Source of the DNA: an uncultured delta proteobacterium
GTDB taxonomy: Bacteria > Desulfobacterota > Binatia > UBA9968
Direction of reading: 5' to 3'
Length of the DNA: 64,000 nucleotides
NCBI GenBank assembly: GCA_963737905.1
Contig: CAVTUQ010000037.1
Coordinates: 96,001 to 160,000, forward strand
The notes under the pieces: generated by a model
Seen by the model: the letters and a program-made list of their open reading frames with translations, nothing else
Database searches by the model: none
Told to the model about the DNA's origin: nothing
Shown here: piece by piece, positions 51,339 to 63,047 of the stretch
Layout: every line of letters begins with the position of its first letter
Numbering within the stretch: the first letter of the stretch is position 1
Made by a program: the position numbers and the translations under genes

Positions 51339-52062
51339 TTTTTTCGTTGCCTTTGCCGCCGGCATCTTTTCGTTTCTCTCCCCCTGCGTGCTGCCGCTCA
51401 TCCCGTCCTATCTATCGTTCGTCTCCGGAGTTTCTTTGGAAGAGATGCGCAGCGATCAAGCATTGCGGCGGGTGCGGTCGCGGGTGGTTTTGAATTCGGT
51501 CGCTTTCATCCTGGGTTTTTCCTTGGTCTTTGTCTCCCTAGGTGCTTCGGCGAGTTATCTCGGCAGTCTATTTTTGGGCTACCGCAACTTCATTCGCCTG
51601 TTAGGCGGGTTGTTTGTTCTTCTTGTGGGACTCTATCTCGTCGGGCTTTTTAAAATCCCTGCATTGGAGCGTTATCTGCAGGTCAATCTGAAGGATAAAC
51701 CCGCGGGTTACATGGGCTCGGTCTTGGTAGGCATCACCTTTGCCGTCGCCTGGACGCCCTGTGTCGGACCGATCTTGGGAGCCATTCTCGCGCTGGCCGG
51801 AACTTCAGGTGAAGTCGGCCGGGGGATCTTGTTGCTCTCGACTTATGCCGCGGGTCTGGCCTTGCCATTCTTCCTGAGCGCGCTGGCAGTCAACTCCTTT
51901 TTCCAATTTTCGCAGACATTTCGTCGCTACATACAACTGGTTCACGTGATGGGAGGCGTGTTGTTAATCTTCGTAGGGATGCTGCTGCTTACGGACTATA
52001 TGACGTTCCTCAATGCCTACGTGCTTCGCTTCACACCGGACTGGCTGCTTAAAAGACTCTAG
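51325..52062 (+). CDS. ccdA: Cytochrome c biogenesis protein CcdA
   Basis: SFLSPCVLPLIP, WTPCVGPIL, multi-TM. Confidence 0.92.
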   Translation: MADVNFFVAFAAGIFSFLSPCVLPLIPSYLSFVSGVSLEEMRSDQALRRVRSRVVLNSVAFILGFSLVFVSLGASASYLGSLFLGYRNFIRLLGGLFVLLVGLYLVGLFKIPALERYLQVNLKDKPAGYMGSVLVGITFAVAWTPCVGPILGAILALAGTSGEVGRGILLLSTYAAGLALPFFLSALAVNSFFQFSQTFRRYIQLVHVMGGVLLIFVGMLLLTDYMTFLNAYVLRFTPDWLLKRL

Positions 52063-52287
52063 CGAGCGCCTCCGGCTCGCGCATGCGCTTAATCGTTTCC
52101 TTCAACGAACCATCTAGTACGCCTCCTAGCGATCTATCGCGCGCATCGCCTCTGAGTCTTTTTGAGCCGTCTGCAAAGATTGGCTAATCACCTAATTTGA
52201 CCTGCCTATGGCTACATGTTAATTTTTTTGGAATGCTAAACGGCTTAGATGGTCGTTGTCTTATCAGTTGCGAATTCCGGATCAAAC

Positions 52288-52851
52288 ATGAGCATTAACA
52301 ACATGGAAGACCAGATCCGCCATATCTTGAAGGCTTTGGGCGAAGACCCGGATCGTGAAGGGCTTCTAAAGACACCTTACCGGGTAACTCAGGCCCTGAC
52401 TTTCTTGACCCAGGGCTATCAACAGGATCCGGCAAAGGTCATCAATGACGCGCTTTTCACCGAAGAGTACGAAGAGATGATCGTCCAAAGGGATATTGAC
52501 TTTTATTCCCTTTGCGAACATCACCTGTTGCCCTTCTTCGGCAAGGCACACGTTGCCTATATCCCGCATCACAAGATCGTGGGTATTTCCAAACTCGCCC
52601 GTTTGGTAGATGTCTACGCTCGGAGGCTCCAGGTTCAGGAACGGCTGACCAACCAGATCGCGAATACCATTATGGAGAAGCTCGATCCGCTTGGCGTGGC
52701 GGTCGTCATTGAGGCCGAGCACCTGTGCATGAGAATGCGCGGGGTTGAAAAGCAAAACTCTATGATCATCACCAGCACGTTGCTCGGCGCTTTCCGCACG
52801 CGGCAAGAGACACGGCAAGAATTCATGACGTTGATCCGGCACAAAGATTAA
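52288..52851 (+). CDS. folE: GTP cyclohydrolase I
   Basis: [37 protein letters not shown]; start uncertain. Confidence 0.95.
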   Translation: MSINNMEDQIRHILKALGEDPDREGLLKTPYRVTQALTFLTQGYQQDPAKVINDALFTEEYEEMIVQRDIDFYSLCEHHLLPFFGKAHVAYIPHHKIVGISKLARLVDVYARRLQVQERLTNQIANTIMEKLDPLGVAVVIEAEHLCMRMRGVEKQNSMIITSTLLGAFRTRQETRQEFMTLIRHKD

Positions 52852-52861
52852 TCGAGCCCCC

Positions 52862-54340
52862 GTGGAAACAAGATTCAGAGACACCAATGCAGATGCTATC
52901 AAGACCGATCTTCTGGTCTTGCCCGCAGAAGAAAAAACACTAGAGGCGCCGGCTATTCGCGCTCTCGACCGCCGTCTCAAAGGAAAGCTCAGCGAGCAAA
53001 TTCAGAAAAGCAGGTTCACGGGGGCCGAAGGAAGCAGCCTCCTCTACTCCACTGCCGGGATCTTACCGGCATCTCATTTGCTCTTAGTCGGCTTCGGTAA
53101 AACGAACGATGTTGACTCCGATACCTGGCGAAAGGCGGGCGCGCGCGCAAGGAAGGAAGCGTTGGCGGTGGGCGCCCAAGAGATCGCCTTCTTTTTTGCG
53201 CCGGACAAAGACTCGGATGACGCGGCGGGGGCCGTTGTCGAGGGCGCGACCCTCGCCTCCTACCGATTCAGCAAGTACCGCTCGAACTCGAATGTCGCGA
53301 CGGCGGTGAAAAGTCTCACATTGTTCAAACCAGGCCTCAAGCGAACCGCGTCCTTGGAGCGTTCAGTGCTCAGGGTAGAGCAGACGATTCCGGGCGTATT
53401 CCTGGCGCGTGATCTCGTGAATGAGCCGCCCTCTGTCACAACCGCTCGCTTTCTGGGCGAGCAAGCAGAGCGCCATTGCCGCGGACGCGGCTTGTCGGTC
53501 GAAGTTTGGGGCAGAAAAAAGATCGAGGCAATGAATCTCGCTGGCCTTTTGGCGGTGAACCGCGGTAGCTATGAGGAACCGCGCTTCATCAAGATCCATT
53601 ATCAACCCGGCGGCAAGGCACGGAAGAAAGTCGTTCTGATCGGTAAGGGAATTACTTTCGATTCCGGCGGTTTGTCGCTCAAACCGGCGAAGTCCATGGA
53701 AACGATGAAGCTCGACATGGCCGGTGGAGCGGCGGTCATCGGCACCATGAGCCGCCTGCCCTACCTCCGCCCGGATATCGAAGTCACCGGCTATATTCCC
53801 GCAACCGACAATCTCCCAGGCGGCAATGCCCAGAAGCCGGGCGACGTGATTCGCTACTTGAATGGGAAAACCATCGAGGTTCTCAACACCGACGCCGAGG
53901 GACGCCTGATCTTGGCTGACGCGTTGGCCCTCGCGGCAAAACAGAAGCCGGACTACATGGTCAACTTGGCGACTTTGACCGGCGCTTGTATGGTTGCTCT
54001 TGGAAACGGAGTGGCAGGAATTTTTAGCAACCAACAGGCCTTGGCCGACAACCTCATGCGCTGCGGGAGGGATGCCGGTGAAAAACTGTGGCAACTACCG
54101 CTTGTGAAAGAGTATCGTGAAGCGTTGAAGAGCAGTGTGGCGGACATGAAAAATGTTGCCGGCCCTCACGGTGGTGCCATCACCGCCGCCTTGATTTTGC
54201 AAGAATTCGTGGATGATATTCCGTGGGCGCATTTGGACATTGCCGGTCCGGCCTTTGCAGAAACGGATACCGCCATCTGTGCCAAGGGCGGCACAGGCTT
54301 TGGAGTCCGTACCCTAGTTAGATTTTTATTGACACTATAA
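52862..54340 (+). CDS. pepA: Leucyl aminopeptidase (M17)
   Basis: GKGITFDSGG, MKLDMAG, NTDAEGRL, HLDIAG. Confidence 0.95.
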   Translation: METRFRDTNADAIKTDLLVLPAEEKTLEAPAIRALDRRLKGKLSEQIQKSRFTGAEGSSLLYSTAGILPASHLLLVGFGKTNDVDSDTWRKAGARARKEALAVGAQEIAFFFAPDKDSDDAAGAVVEGATLASYRFSKYRSNSNVATAVKSLTLFKPGLKRTASLERSVLRVEQTIPGVFLARDLVNEPPSVTTARFLGEQAERHCRGRGLSVEVWGRKKIEAMNLAGLLAVNRGSYEEPRFIKIHYQPGGKARKKVVLIGKGITFDSGGLSLKPAKSMETMKLDMAGGAAVIGTMSRLPYLRPDIEVTGYIPATDNLPGGNAQKPGDVIRYLNGKTIEVLNTDAEGRLILADALALAAKQKPDYMVNLATLTGACMVALGNGVAGIFSNQQALADNLMRCGRDAGEKLWQLPLVKEYREALKSSVADMKNVAGPHGGAITAALILQEFVDDIPWAHLDIAGPAFAETDTAICAKGGTGFGVRTLVRFLLTL

Positions 54341-54352
54341 GGAGACACTACC

Positions 54353-54679
54353 ATGGGAAAAATTACCGAAGTTGGAGACAATAATTTTGATGCCGAGGTG
54401 CTGGGCTGCGATTTACCGGTGCTGGTCGATTTCTGGGCGCCCTGGTGCGGACCCTGTAAAACTATCGCTCCCATCGTCGAGGAAATTGCCGGCCAGTTTG
54501 AGGGCAAGTTAAAGGTGGCGAAGCTGAACGTCGATGATCATCCTGCCACGGCGTCGCGCTACGGCATCCGGGGCATTCCTAACTTGATCATCTTGAAAGC
54601 TGGAGCAGTGAAGGAGCAAATCGTCGGGGCCGTACCCAAGGCACGGTTAGTTAGCGCTATTGAGAAAGCGCTGCAATAG
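54353..54679 (+). CDS. trxA: Thioredoxin
   Basis: [14 protein letters not shown]. Confidence 0.95.
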   Translation: MGKITEVGDNNFDAEVLGCDLPVLVDFWAPWCGPCKTIAPIVEEIAGQFEGKLKVAKLNVDDHPATASRYGIRGIPNLIILKAGAVKEQIVGAVPKARLVSAIEKALQ

Positions 54680-54683
54680 AAAA

Positions 54684-54742
54684 AGACTGACCGATGACAG
54701 AAGACCGTAGACGGTCCCCGGTCTTCAGTCTGCCGTCGGTCT
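54684..54742. repeat. Heptamer-built inverted repeat between convergent genes (probable bidirectional terminator)
   Basis: tgaccga tgacaga agaccgt agacggt ... cggtctt cagtctg ccgtcggtct. Confidence 0.55.
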
Positions 54743-55844
54743 AGAACGTGTAACGTCGCATGCTCACGTTGATCATTACCCCTAAAGCAAACATCATGGA
54801 GGCCAGGGACGAACCACCGTAGCTGACCATCGGAAGCGGTACCCCCACCACCGGCATGATCCCTGTTACCATGGCAACGTTAATAACCACATGCCAAAAG
54901 AAAATCGCAACCATTCCGAATACCAACAAACCGCCAAAACGATCTTTGGCCCGCTCGATCAATCGAAACGAATAGACAATCAGCGCGAAGTAAAGCAGAA
55001 GTAAAATCAAGCAACCCACAAAACCCCACTCTTCGGAGAAAACAGCAAAAATAAAATCCGTGTGCTGGGCGGGCAAGAAGTCGAGCCGGTTCTGTGTCCC
55101 GTGGAGATAACCCTTGCCAAAAAGCCTGCCGGAACCAATCGCGATCTTCGACTGAATGACGTGGTAGCCTGCTCCCAGCGGATCACGATCTGGATCGAGA
55201 AAGGTCAAAATGCGCGCGCGCTGGTAGGACTTCAGAAAATGCCAAGCAATAGGAAGAAGAGCCAGGCCGGCGCCTAGCAGGTAGAGAAAAGAACGCGGCC
55301 TGAGCCCGCCCATCAGTATCATGCTGAGAAAGACAATCCCCAGAATCATAGCGGTACCCAAGTCCGGTTGCACCAGGGTCAGGATAATCAGCGGGATAAC
55401 CAACACAAACGGCACCCAAAGATCACTCAGTCGAAACCCTCGCGAAGGCTCGTCACTTTGCAGATACCTTGCCATCACCAGAACAATCGCGAGTTTCGCG
55501 GGCTCCGAAGGCTGCAATCGGAAAAACCCGAGGTTGATCCAGCGCTGGGACCCGCCGCCGGAATGGCCGACAAAAAGAACTAGAAGCAGCAGCAAGAGCA
55601 TAGCCCCGTAAAACGGGTACGCAAGCCGATCGAGATAGTGATAATCGAAGGCCACGGCCGCCAGCAGGGCTATGAGGCCCAGTCCTAGCCAAAGCAGTTG
55701 CCTGGAGGGTAAGCCGCCGGCGTGCCCTTCGGCGATATTGTAATTTGCGCTGTAGATCGTCGTGACGCCGATAGCAACAAACGCCAGAGCCAAGAGAAGC
55801 AGCGTCCAATCAAAGTGCGCAACCAGTCGCCGGTCAATCTGCAC
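54741..55844 (-). CDS. rodA: Rod shape-determining SEDS glycosyltransferase RodA
   Basis: QRWI, QPSEPAK, QPDLGT, HTDFIF, GVPLPMVSYGGSS; GTG start inferred. Confidence 0.95.
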   Translation of the reverse strand: MQIDRRLVAHFDWTLLLLALAFVAIGVTTIYSANYNIAEGHAGGLPSRQLLWLGLGLIALLAAVAFDYHYLDRLAYPFYGAMLLLLLLVLFVGHSGGGSQRWINLGFFRLQPSEPAKLAIVLVMARYLQSDEPSRGFRLSDLWVPFVLVIPLIILTLVQPDLGTAMILGIVFLSMILMGGLRPRSFLYLLGAGLALLPIAWHFLKSYQRARILTFLDPDRDPLGAGYHVIQSKIAIGSGRLFGKGYLHGTQNRLDFLPAQHTDFIFAVFSEEWGFVGCLILLLLYFALIVYSFRLIERAKDRFGGLLVFGMVAIFFWHVVINVAMVTGIMPVVGVPLPMVSYGGSSLASMMFALGVMINVSMRRYTF

Positions 55845-57717
55845 GCGTTGCTCCTTCGACGTGCGCTTGTTGTTGCTCAACCGGCCGGGCTTGCAGCTCC
55901 ATGTATTTCTCGATCACTTTTTTCGCCAGAGGAGCGGCAGCGTCTCCGCCGTGCCCGCCGTGCTCGACCAAAGTCACCACGGCAATTTTCGGATTCTGTG
56001 CCGGCGCGTAAGCGACAAACCAGGCGTGATCGCGGTTAAAATAGGCCAGCTTTTCGCTCTTCACGTAGGCGCCCCCCTTCATCTCCACAACTTGCGCCGT
56101 CCCTGTCTTGCCGGCAATTTCGACCACGCTTGACCTCGCCGCAGCACCGGTTCCCCCGGGGCCTTTGACTACGTCGGCCAAAGCCTTGTGCAGACGTTCC
56201 AAAGTCGCTGGTTTCAAGTTGATCGTGCGGATCTTCTCCGGTCCGTATTCGCGCGCCACCGTACCGTCCACGGATTCCACTTTATCAACGATCCTGGGGC
56301 GGTAGAGCGTCCCGCCGTTGGCCACCGCGGCCATCATATTGGCGAGTTGCAAAGGCGTTACCGTGAGATAGCCTTGACCAATGCCGATGGAAATTGTTTC
56401 TCCCGGATACCATGGCTGGCGGTAGCGTTTTCTTTTCCATTCACTGTCAGGAACTAAACCACCTTTCTCGTCATCAAGGCTGGCGCCGCTTTTCTCTCCC
56501 AAGCCGAACGTCCGGGCCCATTTCGCAATTCGATCTACACCGATTCTTTGAGCCGCTTGATAGAAGTAAGTGTCACACGACTCAACAATCGCCCGGTGCA
56601 GATCCACGGAACCATGCCCGCCCTTTTTCCAATCACGGAACTGACGATTGCCGAAGTAATAGTAGCCGGGATCGGAGATCCGGCTTTCGGGTTGCAACAC
56701 GCCCTCTTCCAGCCCAGCAATGGCCATGATGATCTTAAAAGTAGAACCGGGAGGATATTGACCTTGAATCGCCCGGTTGCTCAAGGGTCGGAGCCGATCT
56801 TTCAACAGCGTTTGCCACTCATCCGATTTGATTCCCCGCGCAAACATATTGGGGTCAAAGGCTGGCGTGCTGACCATCGCTAGAATAGCGCCCGTATTGA
56901 CGTCGAGAGCAACGATTGTTCCCTCCTTGTCCTTGAGTGCCTCGAAGGCGGTCTCTTGAAGCTGGCGGTCCAAGGTCAAGTGCACCGTGTAGCCGGGAAC
57001 ATCGGTAACTTCATGAAGCACCCGCACCCGTCGCCCGAGCGCGTCCACTTCGACTTGTTGACCGCCGCTCTGACCGCGAAGAACGTATTCCCAAGTTTTT
57101 TCCAGACCGGACTGTCCAAATTCGTCGCCGGTGGCGTAACCCTCATCTTTTAGGGTCTTCAGCTGTTTGGGGCCGATCTCGCCCAGGTATCCGAGAACGT
57201 GAGAGCCAACCGGTCCATCTGCGTAACTGCGCCGCGGACGCGCGCGCAGGGTAACTCCGGGTAAATCGATCTGATGGGATTCCACGGCGACGACGCTCGC
57301 CCAATCCACGTCCTTACCTATTACGATTTCTTCAAAGGCGGGCCGTTTCTTATTCTCTTCGAAAATGGCAAGCAACTCCTTCTCGTCCCTCCGGAGGTAG
57401 CGCGCCAATTGACGCAGTGTATTCTCCGGCTCCTCAGCATCCTCGGCCACAAACAGCAAATCGAAGGAGGGGCGACTATCAACAAGGAGTTGCCCTTGCC
57501 GGTCAACAACCATCCCTCTCGTGCCGGGAATTCTCTTGATGCGCACGCGGTTATTCTCAGACAGAAATGTGTACCGTTCACCATCAACCACCTGGAGGAA
57601 AAAGAGCCGGGTGAGAAGAGCTCCGAATACTAGAATCAGAACAAGGTACAGCAGGCGAGTTCGTCTACGTAGCTCAGGGGCGCCGTCTTGTCTATTGATA
57701 TCAGCGAGTAACGCCAT
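55834..57717 (-). CDS. mrdA: Penicillin-binding protein 2
   Basis: PGSTFK (SxxK), SCD, KTGTAQ; mre operon context. Confidence 0.95.
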   Translation of the reverse strand: MALLADINRQDGAPELRRRTRLLYLVLILVFGALLTRLFFLQVVDGERYTFLSENNRVRIKRIPGTRGMVVDRQGQLLVDSRPSFDLLFVAEDAEEPENTLRQLARYLRRDEKELLAIFEENKKRPAFEEIVIGKDVDWASVVAVESHQIDLPGVTLRARPRRSYADGPVGSHVLGYLGEIGPKQLKTLKDEGYATGDEFGQSGLEKTWEYVLRGQSGGQQVEVDALGRRVRVLHEVTDVPGYTVHLTLDRQLQETAFEALKDKEGTIVALDVNTGAILAMVSTPAFDPNMFARGIKSDEWQTLLKDRLRPLSNRAIQGQYPPGSTFKIIMAIAGLEEGVLQPESRISDPGYYYFGNRQFRDWKKGGHGSVDLHRAIVESCDTYFYQAAQRIGVDRIAKWARTFGLGEKSGASLDDEKGGLVPDSEWKRKRYRQPWYPGETISIGIGQGYLTVTPLQLANMMAAVANGGTLYRPRIVDKVESVDGTVAREYGPEKIRTINLKPATLERLHKALADVVKGPGGTGAAARSSVVEIAGKTGTAQVVEMKGGAYVKSEKLAYFNRDHAWFVAYAPAQNPKIAVVTLVEHGGHGGDAAAPLAKKVIEKYMELQARPVEQQQAHVEGATRAD

Positions 57718-57724
57718 CTTACTC

Positions 57725-58228
57725 TCAGGCAGTTACGCGGATCCGTTCCAGGAAGGCTTGTCCGCGCCGCAACAGAGCGAACGCCACCGGCGCCAGTACC
57801 GCGGCGACCAGCGCTTCCAATAAAATATAGCGGAGGGCGCCCGTCCAAAAACCATCGACGCTTAAAAACACAGTCCAAACCAATATCAAGGCCGCACCTT
57901 TGACCAGGGATGCCAAGAGAACGACGATGGAACTCACCACGGGGCTGTGCAGCCAAATGGATCGCGAACTGAGATAAACTGCCAGAAACACGAGCGACAT
58001 GGCGAACGCGTTGAGACCTAGAATGGGACTCGACACAACATCCACCGAGTAACCCAACAAGAAAGATCCCAGAGCAGCGCCAACGGTGGGATGGTACAGA
58101 CCCCAATAGACGCAAAGCACAAGAATCAAGTCGGGAACCACCGGGCCCAGGGGAAGGAGATGGAGAAAAGTCGTTTGTAATAGCATCAGCAATAGGCCCA
58201 CGATAAAAAATGAAAGCGAAAGTTTCAT
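57725..58228 (-). CDS. mreD: Rod shape protein MreD
   Basis: Hydrophobic, PDLILV motif, synteny. Confidence 0.88.
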   Translation of the reverse strand: MKLSLSFFIVGLLLMLLQTTFLHLLPLGPVVPDLILVLCVYWGLYHPTVGAALGSFLLGYSVDVVSSPILGLNAFAMSLVFLAVYLSSRSIWLHSPVVSSIVVLLASLVKGAALILVWTVFLSVDGFWTGALRYILLEALVAAVLAPVAFALLRRGQAFLERIRVTA

Positions 58229-58264
58229 CGTATATCTACAATAATCAAATCGCCGGAATGGATT

Positions 58265-59098
58265 CTAATTTTTTTCCTGGTTGATGTCAGTCTTGACGAT
58301 CAGAACTTCTTCGGTCCGCTCCAGGTTAACCGCCGGCATGACTTCAATATACTGAAAAAGGCCAAGGGTTTGTTTGCGCACTTTAGTCACGGTTCCCACC
58401 ACGATGCCCTTGGGGAAGATACCGTCGAAACCTGAGGTCACAAGCCGGTCCCCTTCCTGAATATCTTCGCTCCGCTTCACGTACTTTAGGATGGTGCCGC
58501 TATCCAGCGAACCTGAGGCAATACCGCGGGCCCGCGTCCGCTGAACGAAAACATCGACGCCGTTGTTCGGATCGGTGAGCAACAATACCTTTGCCGTCCG
58601 TGTCGTGACCGCCACAACTTGCCCGACAACGCCCAAAGGCGTAACCACCGCCATACCCTTGCGCACACCGTCGGCGCTGCCCTTGTCCAAGAGACAGCTT
58701 TTAAACCAACTACTGCCGCTGTTGGCGATAATCGAGGCAGTCACCGTAGCGGACGGCAGATGGGAACGAAATTCCAAGAGTTCCTGCAGTCGCCGATTCG
58801 TGGCTCCGGCTTCTAGCAGTTGATTTTTTTCAACCTCCAACTGTTGAATCCGTTTTCTGAGTTTCTCGTTCTCGGATTTATAGCCCGCCAACATCGAAGT
58901 GCTGTTTTGAATCTCCTCGATCCAACTCGTGGTCGCCTGAGCAGCGATCTGCAACGGACGGATGATCCAAAGCAGTACGGGACCAATAGGGTCATTTCTC
59001 AGCTGTCCGCGTGCGGCAGCAGTCAAGATATAAAGCGACAGGAGAAGACAGAAACAAGAGCTTAGAAGGATTTGGTTTTTGCGAAGAAAAGCGAACAT
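58265..59098 (-). CDS. mreC: Rod shape protein MreC
   Basis: Coiled coil, DKGSADGV, GVVGQV, VTSGFDGIFPKG. Confidence 0.92.
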   Translation of the reverse strand: MFAFLRKNQILLSSCFCLLLSLYILTAAARGQLRNDPIGPVLLWIIRPLQIAAQATTSWIEEIQNSTSMLAGYKSENEKLRKRIQQLEVEKNQLLEAGATNRRLQELLEFRSHLPSATVTASIIANSGSSWFKSCLLDKGSADGVRKGMAVVTPLGVVGQVVAVTTRTAKVLLLTDPNNGVDVFVQRTRARGIASGSLDSGTILKYVKRSEDIQEGDRLVTSGFDGIFPKGIVVGTVTKVRKQTLGLFQYIEVMPAVNLERTEEVLIVKTDINQEKN

Positions 59099-59148
59099 GG
59101 AAGGCTCATTCGCCTCCAAAGGGCGGGGACCACAGAGGTCTCAGAAAC

Positions 59149-60216
<1,068 letters not shown>

Positions 60217-60228
60217 CTAAGCAGAGAG

Positions 60229-60257
60229 AAAATAACAGATTTGGCGTTTTCTAGCAA
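60229..60257 (-). promoter_or_regulatory. Putative sigma70 promoter for mreB operon
   Basis: Minus strand TTGCTA-17 bp-TATTTT with TGn. Confidence 0.45.
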
Positions 60258-60306
60258 GGTAATGAAAAAATAAAGGAAAAACGCCGACCAGAGGGGGCGG
60301 CAATGG

Positions 60307-60335
60307 TTGCAACTGCGGGAACCTTTTCCTATTAT
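60307..60335 (+). promoter_or_regulatory. Putative sigma70 promoter for ppiD-like gene
   Basis: TTGCAA-17 bp-TATTAT. Confidence 0.5.
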
Positions 60336-60375
60336 GGAAAAATAGTTTTATTTTGATTGAAAGGGTTGACGATTT

Positions 60376-62286
60376 ATGCTTGATGTCCTTCGCAAGCGCA
60401 AGCGATCTTGGATTATTATTTTCCTACTTGGACTCATCATTGTCGTCTTCATCGCCTTCTACGGTGGCAATAAGCTTCGCGACACGTCTTCGCAAGATAT
60501 TGCCGAGGTCAATGGCGAAGTCATTACGCAACGAGAATTTGCCATGCACTACCAAAAAGCGTTGGAGCGGTATCGCGAGCTCTTGAAAGGATCGCTCACG
60601 CCTGAGATTGAGAAAAGTCTAAACATCAGAGGCACCTTGCTCGAAGAGCTCATCCAAAGACGGCTAGTGCTCCAAGAGGCTCGCCAGCTCGGACTAGCCG
60701 CTAATGACGAAGATTTGATGACGGCTATTGCGCAGGTCCCCGACTTTCAGGTCAACGGCCGGTTCAACAAAGAACGCTATCTCCAGCTTCTGCGCGCCAA
60801 CCGAATTAGCCCCGGGCAGTTTGAAGACGAACAGCGAGAGCAGTTGACGATTCAGCGACTCACCAGCATGCTCCTGGACGCAGTGCATGTTACGGAGGCC
60901 GAGGTACGCGACCGCTACCGTTACGAACAAGGAAAGATTGATCTTTATTTCATCCGCTTGCCTCTCAGCAATTATCTTTCAGAAGTAAAGCTAACCGAGG
61001 AAGAGATTAAGAAGTTCTATGATCGCAACAAGGAGATGCTCAAAGAGCCGTTGAAAGTCCAAGTCGAATATCTCTCCTACCCCTTCGAACGATTTTCGTC
61101 TTCAGCCCAGATTACCGACAAAGAGGTCGAGGATTATTATCAAGCGAATCGCGAATCAAAATTCCACCATCCCAAAGAGGTCAAGGCGCGCACCATTCTA
61201 GTCCGCATCCCGCCGGGAGCGGATGCGAAACAAAAAACCGATGCCCAGACGCGCGCGAATCGCATTCTGACAGAGGCGCGAGCCGGGAAGGATTTCGCCC
61301 AATTGGCTAAACAAGAGTCGGAGGACTCGACGGCGGCCAAAGGAGGCGATATCGGGTGGGTGACACAAGCCCAACTGCCTTCGCCTCTCGATAAGGTCGT
61401 TTTCAGCCTGGCCAAGGGCGAGACTAGCAATGTCATCGAGAGTCCCACGGGCTTTCATATCGTTAAGGTTGAGGACGTCAGAGACGAGAAAACCCAAAGT
61501 TTGAAAGAGGCCAGTGCGGAGATCATCCGCACCCTCAAGGCAGAAAAGGGCAAACGCGAAGCTGCAAAGCTCGCGGATCGAGACCGAGAGAAGGCACTCT
61601 CCGGGAATGACTTCGCCAAGTTGGCCCAGGAGAGCGGCGTTGCGGCCAACGTAACTCGTCCATTCACCACGGGTGAAGTACTGCCGGAAGTCGGGCAAGC
61701 GCCGGAATTTTATAAAGCCGCATTATCCTTGAGCCCCAAGGACATCAGCCCCGTCGTCGAGGGTACCAACGCCTATTACGTTTTAAAACTCAAACAACGA
61801 AGCGAGCCGACGGTTTTACCCTTCGAGGCCGTACGGTCCAAGATTGAAAAAAGCCTGAAGGAATCCAAAGCACACGAAATTTTGCAGCAAAAGGCGAAAA
61901 GCTTGTTGGAACAATTAAAAAAAGAAAAGGACATCGGCAAAGTTGCTCAGCAGAACGGGCTAAAACTGGAAGAAACCGGGCTGTTTCTCCGCAGCGCGCC
62001 TCAACTGCCTAAAGTGGGGGAGCTTTCGGAAATGAGTTCGGGAGGGATCGCGCTGTCGGCAGAGAAACCGTTCCCGGAAAAAATTTACACGCAACAGGAT
62101 AACGCCTATCTCTTTGCCTTCAAAGATAGCCAAGGCGCCGACATGGAGCGGTTCGACAAGGAGCAAACACAGCTCACGAATCAGGCTTTGGCCGAGAGTC
62201 GGCAACAAGTGCTGCAGAAATTTGTCGAGAACCTCAAGTCCAAGGCTCAGATCCAAGTTCACCCTAACTCCCTGGAAGAAAGTTAG
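60376..62286 (+). CDS. ppiD: PpiD-like periplasmic chaperone (SurA_N + parvulin)
   Basis: N-terminal TM, AEVNGEVI, GRFNKERY, FAQLAKQESED..AKGGDIGW, GFHIVK. Confidence 0.85.
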   Translation: MLDVLRKRKRSWIIIFLLGLIIVVFIAFYGGNKLRDTSSQDIAEVNGEVITQREFAMHYQKALERYRELLKGSLTPEIEKSLNIRGTLLEELIQRRLVLQEARQLGLAANDEDLMTAIAQVPDFQVNGRFNKERYLQLLRANRISPGQFEDEQREQLTIQRLTSMLLDAVHVTEAEVRDRYRYEQGKIDLYFIRLPLSNYLSEVKLTEEEIKKFYDRNKEMLKEPLKVQVEYLSYPFERFSSSAQITDKEVEDYYQANRESKFHHPKEVKARTILVRIPPGADAKQKTDAQTRANRILTEARAGKDFAQLAKQESEDSTAAKGGDIGWVTQAQLPSPLDKVVFSLAKGETSNVIESPTGFHIVKVEDVRDEKTQSLKEASAEIIRTLKAEKGKREAAKLADRDREKALSGNDFAKLAQESGVAANVTRPFTTGEVLPEVGQAPEFYKAALSLSPKDISPVVEGTNAYYVLKLKQRSEPTVLPFEAVRSKIEKSLKESKAHEILQQKAKSLLEQLKKEKDIGKVAQQNGLKLEETGLFLRSAPQLPKVGELSEMSSGGIALSAEKPFPEKIYTQQDNAYLFAFKDSQGADMERFDKEQTQLTNQALAESRQQVLQKFVENLKSKAQIQVHPNSLEES

Positions 62287-62321
62287 AGTTTTTCTCGCGA
62301 TCTTGTTCTAAGGATGACGTT

Positions 62322-62948
62322 GTGCAAGTCTTCTTGGTTCGTCACGGTGCCACGGATTGGAATCTGCAGGGTCGCTGCCAAGGCGCGACGGATCTGGATC
62401 TGAACGAAGTCGGAGTCCGTCAAGCGGAGCAGATTGCGGCGTCACTGACGAACCGACCGATCCATGGAATTTACTCAAGCAATCTGAAGCGCGCGCAACA
62501 GACCGCTCAGTTCTTCAGTCGGCATCATCAACTCCCCGTGCTTATCGAAACCGACGTTCGCGAACTTGATCATGGCGAATTGGAAGGTCTGACCTTCGCA
62601 GAAATTAAGGCAAACTACTCACAATTTATTCGGAAATGGAGAACCGAGCCGGCAGAGATCCAGGTTCCGGGCGGCGAGCGGCTCGTGGATGTCGCGCGTA
62701 GGGCCTGGAACGGATTGAATCGCATCGTGCAGCGCCACGTCGCCGAAGAAGCCGTCATCGTGGTTAGCCACAACTTTCCGATCCTAGGCATCATCTGCCG
62801 AATCACCGGCACCCACTTGAACAACTACCGCACTTTTCATCTCGACCCGTGCAGCGTTACCCGTCTCAATCATAACGGCGGCGATCACTGGGAAGTCACC
62901 TGTATCAATAATCAAGAGTACACGGCAGAGACACCGCTCGCACGCTAG
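62322..62948 (+). CDS. Histidine phosphatase family protein
   Basis: LVRHGATDWN, RAQQTA, PGGE, VVSH. Confidence 0.9.
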   Translation: MQVFLVRHGATDWNLQGRCQGATDLDLNEVGVRQAEQIAASLTNRPIHGIYSSNLKRAQQTAQFFSRHHQLPVLIETDVRELDHGELEGLTFAEIKANYSQFIRKWRTEPAEIQVPGGERLVDVARRAWNGLNRIVQRHVAEEAVIVVSHNFPILGIICRITGTHLNNYRTFHLDPCSVTRLNHNGGDHWEVTCINNQEYTAETPLAR

Positions 62949-63047
62949 CTTGGTGTCTCCAACGCTTCTTTAAGATGCTTCGAGAGAGCGTGCCTTCCGC
63001 CCGTGGTCAAGGGTCCGGTGGCTTGTGACCGACGACGCAGCCTTGCC